Source: Paragordius varius
Lineage: Eukaryota; Animalia; Nematomorpha
Assembly: GCA_964247055.1 (NCBI GenBank)
Contig: OZ176050.1
Span: 13,950,001 to 14,014,000, forward strand
Reading direction: 5' to 3'
DNA: 64,000 bases
The translations under genes were made by a program, and so were the position numbers. Below are positions 40,210 through 56,055 of the stretch, piece by piece; within the stretch, counting starts at the first letter, position 1, and each line of letters starts with the position of its first letter. Below the pieces are notes generated by a model. It did no database searches. It was not told the origin of the DNA and was given only the letters and a program-made list of their open reading frames with translations.

Positions 40210-43200
40210 ATGAAAGTTCTCTCACATGTAAAATTATATAGTGCAAAATCATTATTAGGTGGTTTTGATTTCGACCTTTCCCACACTTTTGCAAACTATT
40301 GCGTAAAAATGTCATCAGCTTCTGAAATATTGGATTTTTTCCGAGTTTTTATTCCTAAACTTTCGAATGACAGTCACAAAGGACAATCGGGTAAAATTTG
40401 CGTGATTGGAGGCAGTCGAGAGTTAAAACAATTTATAAAATTTTATATAGATATACAGGAGCACCTTATTTTGCTTCGATTGCAGCCTTAAAGATCGGTG
40501 CAGATTTATCTCATGTTATATGCCCTAAAGATGCGGCCCCCATTATTAAATCTTATTCACCTGAATTGATGGTACATCCTCTTTTGTAAGATATTTATTT
40601 TTTAAAATGCGTTTTTGATCATTTTAATATTCAGTTTTTTTATATTTTTTTTATTGTTATTATCAAATATACATTTAAGGCTAAATTTATTTCCAAATTA
40701 AAAATATTTAACGTTTCGGCCTAACCAATAATACATAGCGTACACGATCACAAAAAAATTCTATTTAAATGCATAGAAAATATTTTACTAGATGCTACGA
40801 TTCACAAACGCTTCAAATATAACTATTTAGAAAAAATATCAATTAATGTTTATTTTATTTAATCCTTTATTTGCAAAGACCCTCCAAAAAATTATGGCGG
40901 CAAAGTTTAAATATTTTTTAAATTGTTTTTCTTTTAATATTATATTAATTATCACATAAAAGCTTCTATATTTTTCTATTATGGATTTTTTTTACTCAAA
41001 GGTATGAAGTCTTTAAAAATAAATGTAATTTTTTCTAAATATTTTTATAACAAACTTTTAGAGGCGAAAAAAACGAAACGGATCACATTATGGCGTTACT
41101 GGAAAAAATGCATGTTTTAATTATTGGACCAGGTCTGGGTAGGGATGAAACTATTTACCCCTTTATTTTGGTATAAAAATTCCATTTATATTTTAGAAAA
41201 TTATTGAAGTGGCGAAAGATTTGAATAAACCAATGGTGATTGATGCGGTAAGTATTACAGTTAACATTTAAAATATACGGACAAACTGTATAAAAGATAA
41301 AAATTTTTGTAAAATGGCAACCATATTTTTAACCTTTGTATTTTGTATGTAAACTAAATAATTAAAATTGTAAAATACTGAGAGTGTTACCAATTTAATT
41401 ATCTATTACATACTTTGCAGTTCGTAACAATGTGTAATTAAATAAAAATAGTTTTAAAAAAAATATAACGGTTTTTGAAAAAATTTTTTGTCTGTATACT
41501 TTCATTTTTACTGTAAAATTTTACTGTAAAATATTTTTTATTTAATTTTCTGCATTTTTTAATTTTATTTTTTTAATATATTTTTTTTATTTATATATAT
41601 TTATTAATGAAGGATGGTTTACATATAGTGACCAAACATTACGATATAGTTCAGGGTTATCGCAAAATTATTTTAACACCCAACCCCAATGAATTTAAAC
41701 AAATGTACTCTACTGTGGTAAATACCCATTTATTTGTATTTGCAATTTTAAAACAATGTTCACTTATTTTTCTTTCATATTGTTTTCAATTTTATTTGAA
41801 ATATAAAAGTATCTTTTTTCGGATTTTTTAAGAAAAATTAGGACAAAATAATGAAATTTTGTTGATTATATTATTTTCATTATCAATGTGTAAATCTAAA
41901 ATTTAATGAAAGTGGTACGTACTATTTTATTAAAAAAATAATTTTTTACCACAAAACAATTTTTTATACCATGAACTAAACTGATATCAAAATTATTACG
42001 AAAATACTGTTGATTAACAAAAATCGAAATATTATAATTTATATTATTTTTGCTGAATTATTCCATATATAATAATTTTTTTTTATATATTAGGCATTTT
42101 TATTATAATCTTCCGATTAATTAACAGGTTAAAAAGATTGATTCTTTTGATGCTCAAGAAAGTCAAGTTACGGAATTGGCTAAAAAATTAAGTGGTCCAA
42201 CCATTTGTCGCAAAGGACATTACGATATTATAAGTGATGGCACAATCAGTATTAATCAATTAAATTACATTATTGGAAAAAAAGATTAAACAAGAGTGTG
42301 TTTGTGAAAAATTGGTTATTTTATAAATTTTATAATTAATTAATATATATATAATATATAAAAACAATTCATTATTAATGAAATTCTTTGGATTTAATAT
42401 GGATGTATATGGAAAACAAAAACTATAAAATATTTTTTTAAATTGCTTTTAAATTTTATACAAAACCCATGTAAACGTTTTTGTATTATATTATTGTTTA
42501 TATTAATTTTCAATCTGTTCTCCACTTCGCAACTCTAGATGAGTTTTATTTAAATATCCAATTTTAATTGGTGTCAATAACGATTTGTCTTGATTATTTT
42601 AATTATATGTATAATTCTATTGTTTTTTTATTGACAAATTTTTTTTTAATATGTAAATATAGAATATGACTCCAAAATTTTATAAAACATTTTAATTGAT
42701 CATAAATATATTAATATCAAATTCAACAATTTCAACAATTTTTTTTATTTCTAGCCGTAAAATGCGAAGCTGAAGGAAGTCCCAGACGCTGTGGAGGTCA
42801 AGGAGATTTGCTATCTGGTATGACAGGTGTCTTGCTTTATTGGACCTTAAATTTTGTGGAAAAAAACTTGCGTGAAAATATTAATGTTAAATCGTGTGAA
42901 ATTTCTGGCCATTTACGCGATACCAATGAACCAAAGTAGGTATAATTTTGTAGCGTTCAAGTAAAAAGAAACCGTCTTTTAAAAGCTTCAATTGCTTAAA
43001 GATAAAATGTTAATTATTTTATAGTAAAAAATTAGAGTTTTTCAATAATAAACTCATTTTTTTAAATAATCAAGATAAAATGTTAGTAATCGTTTTTTTA
43101 TAATTTTTAGGTGGTATTTTACTTTGCAGATAATATAATTTGCGTCTATGATTAAGTTAAGTTTTTTTATTAACTGCAAATAGTATATTTAGAGTTAGAT

Positions 43201-44004
43201 TTTTTGACTGGTGAAAATTATTCAAAATTATGATAAATATGAAACAACTTTTTATATTGCAATTATAATTCAGCTAAAATTATATGAATTTATTGTAAAT
43301 TTTCGATTACTACTATTAATCTTTGTCAAACGTAAAAAAATATAAATTAAAATATTTATTTACAATAAATTCATATAATTTAAGTTGAATTATAATTGCA
43401 ATATAATAATACAATCACACTTCAGCGTAAACAATATCCAATAATGAAACAACTAATTATATCATTAAATTGATTACACTTTTCAATTATATATGCATAT
43501 AATATACAATATTTTAACAAAATAAAGACATTTTTTTAAAAGAAATTAAAAAAGACTCATTTGTTAAATTTATTTAAACTGCTTTTTTGTATCGCCATTA
43601 TTTCTAAAACGTTGTTCATTAATGCATTTATAAAATGTCAAACTCATTCTCAACTATAGATCTTAAAAAGACATTTTTTCAATCTTTTTTGCCTGTTTTT
43701 TTGCCTTAGTGAAATGGTTTTAGAAACTGCTTTTTTTGTATCGCCATTATTTCTAAAACGTTGTTCATTAATGCATTTATAAAATGTCAAACTCATTCCC
43801 AACTATAGATCTTAAAAAAACATTTTTTCAATCTTTTTTGCCTGTTTTTTTTGCCTTAGTGAAATGGTTTTAGCCTCTTATGTTGGTTGTACCCTTGTGA
43901 GAGAATGTAATAAATTAGCCTTTGCAAAATATGGCAGATCAACCCTAACCTCAGATATGATTGCCGAAATACATAGCGCTTTCACAACTTATTTTGGTTC
44001 GTAA
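40210..44004 (+). CDS. NAXD: ATP-dependent (S)-NAD(P)H-hydrate dehydratase (CARKD), 8 exons; possible second start at 40309
   Basis: Exons 40210/40309-40421, 40451-40585, 41062-41170, 41197-41247, 41613-41717, 42128-42248, 42755-42935, 43860-44004. Motifs [52 protein letters not shown]. Confidence 0.95.
41258..41513. mobile_element. Family-D MITE inserted 10 nt after a NAXD splice donor
   Basis: TA|CAGTTAAC...ATACGGACAAA at the left and TTTTTACTG|TA at the right. Confidence 0.75.
43255..43403. mobile_element. Small palindromic MITE
   Basis: TATTGCAATTATAATTCAGCTAAAATTATATGAATTTATTGTAAAT and its reverse complement. One arm recurs in COPS5 intron 3. Confidence 0.7.
43576..43873 (+). repeat. 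Tandem duplication (2 x ~149 bp) spanning the last NAXD splice acceptor and the first 14 nt of the exon
   Basis: Units 43576-43723 and 43724-43873 are nearly identical, and each ends GCCTTAG|TGAAATGGTTTTAG. Confidence 0.92.
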
Positions 44005-44715
44005 CACAATATTTATGAACCAAAAATTATTTTATATTTTATATAATCACATGCTATATATATTCAAAGTGTGATTGATACAATAGAATAAATATTGAAA
44101 TTATGCAGAGTAAAAAAACTAAAAAAGAGAAATATTTTTTGTGTAAAAAATAACCATACTAATTCAAACTTTTATTTTTTCGATATTAATTGTTTATTTG
44201 TAATTTTAAAAGATAAAATTGGCCTGTTTTACCAATATACATCTCTATTTCAAACTTTGCAATATAAAACATTTAGTTTTAACAAACTCATGATGTAAAA
44301 AGTATGATTGTTTTTTAGTAAAAACATATTTGTATTTATAATCGTTTTTATGTCCGTGTATTTACTGTAATATAACTAATACTCAAATATTTATATTGTA
44401 AAAACCATACACCTATCTAAACCATAAACTATTGTTTTCAGTAATTGCAGAATAAAGAACAAGTCTAACACAATTGATTTATACAACACTTGTTTAGAAA
44501 AAAAAATCAAAGTTTCAGGCTTCAGTTAAAACTAAATATAATATAATATATATATATATATATATATATACATTTTTGAGTTTATTACCATAAACTATAT
44601 AGTTGCCGAATAAAGGCCAAGGCCAACACGCTTAATTATGGAATACTTGGTTATGTAGCAAAAAAAAATCAAAGTTTCAGGCTTCAGTTAAAATTCAAAT
44701 TAAATATAAATACAT

Positions 44716-47700
44716 TTATTGAGTAAGTTTATTGTAATCTTGATGGTGATTTGCCGATTTGACATATTCGTGATACTTAAGTGAACCATCGTGATTACTA
44801 TCAAACATTAGTTTGGCATCCACTTCACGAATTAAAAATTCTTCAAAGGGATTAATCACATACCCTGTATCTTGAACTGTCAAACGGACAAAAATTAAAT
44901 TAGAAACTTGAAATTATACGGACAAAAGGTAAAAAAAATAATGAAACAAGTATGTTTTTTTTAAAAGACAACACTTTTTTAACATGTTATTTCTTTATAA
45001 CTGATATATACCATTTACAGTTCAAATTCACCCTTAACCAATTCAAATTCACCCTCGAACAATTCAAATTCACCCTTGAACAATTCAAATTCACCCTCGA
45101 ACAATTCAAATTCACCCTTGAACAATTCAAATTCACCCTTGAACAATTCAAATTCACCCTCGAACAATTCAAATTCACCCCTAAACAATTCAAATTCACC
45201 CTTGAACAAAATGCTTATTTTTTGATTCATATTATCAAATTAAAAGGGAAAAAACTTTGGGAATTATTTTGCCATTTCTTAAAATTTTTTTAAATGGGTT
45301 AATAATAAAATTCAAAGCGGAAATACCTATATTTAATAGAAAATTTCATAATTTTTCCGTTTTTTGATGTTCCAAGATTATAATACAAACATTAAAACAA
45401 TTATTAGCCATAAATCATTTATTAATATGTTTATAATAAAGTAAATAATAGCGTTAAAATTATAATTATTGGTGCACATAAACACGTCCCTCCGCAGCAT
45501 TTGCAAGATTGTGGTTTACATAATCACAAAATCCTTTAACATCCGTTGCTGTTATTTGTAGGCATCCATAGTTAACTAAATCTTTCAATGATGCATTACT
45601 TTCATTACTAATTGCGGAGCATACATTAGATTTTATTTTGGAGAATGCGTTTTCTATTGGATTGAGCATGTAGCTATATGGAGCCAAAAATGAAATTTTG
45701 TAGTGGTATCCATCAGCTATATTGTTTAAAACTTCCCTTTTGTGAATCTTTGCATTATCCAAAATAAAATGAATTCCTTCTAAATTCAAAGAGGTGAGAA
45801 ATTCACATAAATCTTTGAAAAAATTAGAAAATATGTCTCCATTTACATTTCTCTCACATTCTATTCTGTGAATTACAATTCCCTGTGACCCCATAGCTGC
45901 AATAAGGGTTATGTTTCTTCCTTTTATGTTAGGAAGTTTAACAATGGCCCTTGTACCGCGTTTAGATCTTCCAAAATTTCGCCTAAGGTGGTTGTGGAAA
46001 CCACATTCATCAATGAAAACCACCTTTGTTGTATCAAAATTAAACGTTTCGAGAAACCAAATGGCATACTCTTTTCTTTTTCTAATTGTATCCGAATCAT
46101 TTATTTTGTTAATCTCTGTATGAGTTTTTTTCAGTGTTATCGCTAGTTTTTGGATTATATTTTGAATGGTACTGCAAGATATGCGAAAATCGCATTCATG
46201 TTCTAAAAATAATTTTAGCGATTTTAGAGTGATTAAGGGGTTTTCGCTAATTTTTTCTTCGACTATGTTGACAATGCGATCCGTAATCTTTTCATATCTC
46301 TTTCCACCTTGCGATTTACACTTAATATTTTTTTTGTACTTCATAACAAATGATTTGGCGGTATTATAATTAATATCCAACGATTCAGCCACCATTTTTA
46401 TCGAATCCCCATCCATAATTGTTGATTTTATTAGGCGCTTCTTATCATGTTCACTAAGTTTCGTATAATTCTTTTTACCATCTATCTTAGATTAAAAATA
46501 TACCAATTAATATAATTTCACTGTCTTGATTTGTAGTGTTAGCCATTTATTTTACAAAAAATTATTGTCTGCTTGTTGGGTAGTTAAAAATATTAAATTA
46601 ATTAAATATATGTTATAAAGGAAAAATTACACGTCGCATAAAATATACCGTCTGCTTTGACTATAAGAATATTTTTAACTACCCAACAAGCAGACAATAA
46701 TTTTTTGTAAAATAAATGGCTAACACTACAAATCAAGACAGTGAAATTATATTAATTGGTATATTTTTAATCTAAGATAGATGTCAAAAAGAATTATACG
46801 AAACTTAGTGAACATGATAAGAAGCGCCTAATAAAATCAACAATTATGGATGGGGATTCGATAAAAATGGTGGCTGAATCGTTGGATATTAATTATAATA
46901 CCGCCAAATCATTTGTTATGAAGTACAAAAAAATATTAGGTGTAAATCGCAAGGTGGAAAGAGATATGAAAAGATTACGGATCGCATTGTCAACATAGTC
47001 GAAGAAAAAATTAGCGAAAACCCCTTAATCACTCTAAAATCGCTAAAATTATTTTTAGAACATGAATGCGATTTTCGCATATCTTGCAGTACCATTCAAA
47101 ATATAATCCAAAAACTAGCGATAACACTGAAAAAAACTCATACAGAGATTAACAAAATAAATGATTCGGATACAATTAGAAAAAGAAAAGAGTATGCCAT
47201 TTGGTTTCTCGAAACGTTTAATTTTGATACAACAAAGGTGGTTTTCATTGATGAATGTGGTTTCCACAACCACCTTAGGCGAAATTTTGGAAGATCTAAA
47301 CGCGGTACAAGGGCCATTGTTAAACTTCCTAACATAAAAGGAAGAAACATAACCCTTATTGCAGCTATGGGGTCACAGGGAATTGTAATTCACAGAATAG
47401 AATGTGAGAGAAATGTAAATGGAGACATATTTTCTAATTTTTTCAAAGATTTATGTGAATTTCTCACCTCTTTGAATTTAGAAGGAATTCATTTTATTTT
47501 GGATAATGCAAAGATTCACAAAAGGGAAGTTTTAAACAATATAGCTGATGGATACCACTACAAAATTTCATTTTTGGCTCCATATAGCTACATGCTCAAT
47601 CCAATAGAAAACGCATTCTCCAAAATAAAATCTAATGTATGCTCCGCAATTAGTAATGAAAGTAATGCATCATTGAAAGATTTAGTTAACTATGGATGCC

Positions 47701-48857
47701 TACAAATAACAGCAACGGATGTTAAAGGATTTTGTGATTATGTAAACCACAATCTTGCAAATGCTGCGGAGGGACGTGTTTATGTGCACCAATAATTATA
47801 ATTTTAACGCTATTATTTACTTTATTATAAACATATTAATAAATGATTTATGGCTAATAATTGTTTTAATGTTTGTATTATAATCTTGGAACATCAAAAA
47901 ACGGAAAAATTATGAAATTTTCTATTAAATATAGGTATTTCCGCTTTGAATTTTATTATTAAACCATTTAAAAAAATTTTAAGAAATGGCAAAATAATTC
48001 CCAAAGTTTTTTCCCTTTTAATTTGATAATATGAATCAAAAAATAAGCATTTTGTTCAAGGGTGAATTTGAATTGTTTAGGGGTGAATTTGAATTGTTCG
48101 AGGGTGAATTTGAATTGTTCAAGGGTGAATTTGAATTGTTCAAGGGTGAATTTGAATTGTTCGAGGGTGAATTTGAATTGTTCAAGGGTGAATTTGAATT
48201 GTTCGAGGGTGAATTTGAATTGGTTAAGGGTGAATTTGAACTGTAAATGGTATATATATCATTTACAGTTCAAATTCACCCTTAAACAATTCAAATTCAC
48301 CCTTGAACAATTCAAATTCACCCTGAAACAATTCAAATTCACCCTTGAACAATTCAAATTCACGGAACAATTCAAATTCACCCTCAAATAAATAACATGT
48401 TTTTTAAGATTAAAAATTACCTATATTTTAACATATTTTTAAAAAATAAAATTTTGTTTTAAATTAAAATAATACTGAAAAAAATAATTAATTATGCCAT
48501 AAAGATATATTTTATATTAATAATGAGTTGTATTAGTTCGAAAACACATAATTTATTTTTAGGGTGAATTTGAATTGTTCGAGGGTGAATTTGAATTGCT
48601 CAAGGATAAATTTGAACTGTAAATAATATATATATATATATATCAATTATAAAATATATTATTGATTGTGTCACCGATATATACATCTCTATTTCACATA
48701 TTTTGTAAGTTCAAAATATGATTTACATTTAGATAAAAATCGTGATTGAAAAAGCATGGTTGTTTTTTGAAAAAAAAACATATTTGTCCTTGTATTTTTA
48801 CGTTTTGACCGTATAATTTTAATTTTTATTGTAAATTGATATTAATAAGCTAAATAA

Positions 48858-48892
<35 letters not shown>

Positions 48893-49485
48893 TATTTTAT
48901 TAAAAAAGAAACAAGATTTAGATCTTCTAAAAACGTTAAAATCATAATTGTTCAATAGATTCAATTAGAATTTGGATTATAAAACCAATGATTGGGCTGT
49001 TAGTGTAATATTAAATTATCCCTTGATAATTTTGGTAAAATAATTTTTTTTTAGCTGATTCAGTTATTAAAAATCTACTTTTTAAAAAATATAAAAATTG
49101 TATAATGATAAATTTATTTTTTATCCTAAAATCTAGTCAAACTCTTAAAATAGTTATTTTATGGTAATTTAAAGTTAAAAACCGATAGGCATTTTTTCAT
49201 GAGCTATGGCATATGCGATTTCAAGTCCATCTAAATGTTGATCCCCATTCTTATCGTGGACGCCAAAATAAAATTTTGTTAACTCTTCTTCGCTTAACTT
49301 CTTAGGATCTTGAACAAACCCATGTAAATCATGATATAAATGTCTAAAAGTTTAATATATATATATATATATATATAATACTCTTTAATATCATTTGGAT
49401 TTTGTTTGAAATCTGCAAAACCTTGTTGATTATACGCACAACTAAACAGTGTTAAAAAAATTGCACATATGACACGCGTAGACAT
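44716..49485 (-). CDS. MCFD2: MCFD2-like secreted two-EF-hand protein (LMAN1/ERGIC-53 cargo co-receptor), 3 exons
   Basis: Exons 49485-49382 (signal peptide MSTRVICAIFLTLFSCA), 49343-49183 (LSEEELTKFYFGVHDKNGDQHLDGLEI) and 44876/44870-44716 (EVDAKLMFDSNHDGSLKYHEYVKS...*). Junction phases are consistent. Confidence 0.88.
45021..45209 (+). repeat. Nine tandem 21-bp units (TTCAAATTCACCCTTGAACAA), left terminal array
   Basis: Units start at 45021, 45042 ... 45189. Confidence 0.97.
45466..46546 (-). CDS. Intact DD34E Tc1/IS630-type transposase, 352 aa if the 22-nt intron is spliced
   Basis: Exon 46546-46504 (MANTTNQDSEIILI), GT-AG intron 46503-46482, exon 46481-45466. Two N-terminal HTH-like regions; catalytic VFIDECGF / ILDNAKIH / LNPIEN with 34 residues between the second D and the E. 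Confidence 0.9.
46716..47795 (+). pseudogene. Second transposase copy, frameshifted by a 1-bp deletion (A7 versus A8 at ~46927-46933)
   Basis: Same exon/intron layout (46716-46758, intron 46759-46780). The shifted frame stops at TAG 46996-46998, and the downstream catalytic region is identical to the left copy. A homopolymer sequencing error cannot be excluded. Confidence 0.8.
48052..48240 (-). repeat. Nine tandem 21-bp units, right terminal array
   Basis: Exact mirror of the left array, including the order of unit variants. Confidence 0.97.
48260..48626. mobile_element. Family-A MITE abutting the palindromic element in the same TA run
   Basis: TATATATA|TCATTTACAGTTCAAATTCACCC, five to six units at the left and three at the right, followed by (TA)n. 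Confidence 0.85.
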
Positions 49486-49548
49486 TCCTCGATTTGTGAA
49501 TCAGGTGTTATAAAGATTAGATAAATATCTAATAAAAATTTTGATTTG
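49486..49548. promoter_or_regulatory. Putative bidirectional promoter/5' UTR region between MCFD2 and COPS5 (63 bp)
   Basis: Divergent ATGs at 49485(-) and 49549(+); dyad ATTAGATA-AA-TATCTAAT at 49516-49533. Function is inferred from position only. Confidence 0.55.
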
Positions 49549-55203
<5,655 letters not shown>

Positions 55204-55449
55204 ATTATATTTCACTCAAGAGTGGGAAATGTAGTAAAATTTAGGGTTTAAAAAAATTAAATTCTCCAAAATTGGTATTTGGAACATTTCCTTGGGAACA
55301 TGGTCAGGTTCATAAATGATATTTTTAATCAATCATGAATGCACCCGTAAATTTAACCTTATCAACTATCCTCTTGTGTTTAGTTCCCAAATCCCCAGAA
55401 ATTAATATATTGTACTACTAATTCCCTCCATATAAGTATTATATAAATT

Positions 55450-55870
55450 TTTTAACCCTATGTACTTGTCTTACAAAGGCAAAGTCTAGGGAATTCCTTA
55501 ATTAAAGCTTTCCCAGTGTAAAATGCACCAAAGATAAACAGAGTTTAGCATTGCTGCCTTCCAAGCAGCAGATTGGGTTCGAATCCTTTAAAAGTAATTC
55601 TTTCTCCACCGTAACCATGCCTGTGTTTGTTGCAACAAAGGCTCCCCAATTCTTTCCCACGCTTGACAATCAATTATTGAGATGCACTTGAACCTGTGTC
55701 CATAATCATACGTATTGGCTTACCATTAATTACTGTTGTTATCTTAGGGGTGGATCCACTATCGATATGCTGAACGTTGATCATTTTCTTTGCCCAGTAC
55801 GCTTGAAAGTGATTCTAGCCTTGGCACTTGTAACATTGCTTATCCCAAGAGGGCCATCTCCCGGATCTAA
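55450..55870 (-). mobile_element. Gypsy gag zinc-knuckle/protease remnant, inverted homologue of 57820-58200
   Basis: Reverse complement reads ...CYKCQG... and GTATGATTATGGACACAGGTTCAAG (MDTGS), aligning by eye to the + strand copy at 57880-58050. Confidence 0.75.
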
Positions 55871-56055
55871 AACTCAAAATATGGATATTGTTGATAAATG
55901 GCGCAAAAATGTTTCGTTTCAATTTATGGTAATGCAAAAGTGTATCACGGAATGTCTGGAACTCGATCTCAAAAAAATTACATGTTTTACAACGATAAAT
56001 CGCGGATAAATGCAATCAAAAGCTCTGTAAGCTCAGATTTACCGATAAAAAATGG

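Larger units (their letters stand above)
45011..48250. mobile_element. Palindromic Tc1/IS630-type DNA transposon, 3,240 bp: two inverted arms (1,584 and 1,583 bp), each containing a transposase gene, around a 73-bp spacer
   Basis: TATATA|CCATTTACAG...CTGTAAATGG|TATATA. Arm 45011-46594 is the reverse complement of arm 46668-48250, with about five differences seen by eye. Confidence 0.93.

Noticed and set aside
45021-45209. 21-bp arrays as a CRISPR array
   Set aside because: Units are contiguous with no unique spacers, there are no cas genes, the context is eukaryotic, and the arrays are subterminal repeats of TA-flanked transposons.
46920-46945. Programmed frameshift as in bacterial IS630
   Set aside because: The twin copy is continuous with A8, so A7 is better explained as a deletion or sequencing error. 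Low-level slippage is not excluded.
45466-47795. Bacterial IS630 contamination or recent horizontal transfer
   Set aside because: The element sits in an intron of a spliced animal gene, is AT-rich like the host, appears to need a host-type 22-nt intron, and has many local MITE derivatives.
45011-48250. Fold-back chimera from amplification or long-read assembly
   Set aside because: Considered unlikely because symmetry ends exactly at TIR/TA boundaries, the arms differ at several sites, and the flanks are two halves of one split MITE. It still needs read-level confirmation.
44952-48391. ORFs 44952-45293, 44987-45199, 45015-45230, 48031-48246 and 48062-48391 (EQFKFTL / GEFELFK / VNLNCSR repeats)
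   Set aside because: These are stop-free translations of a 21-nt (7-codon) tandem repeat. The same applies to 8566-8845 and 23930-24223.
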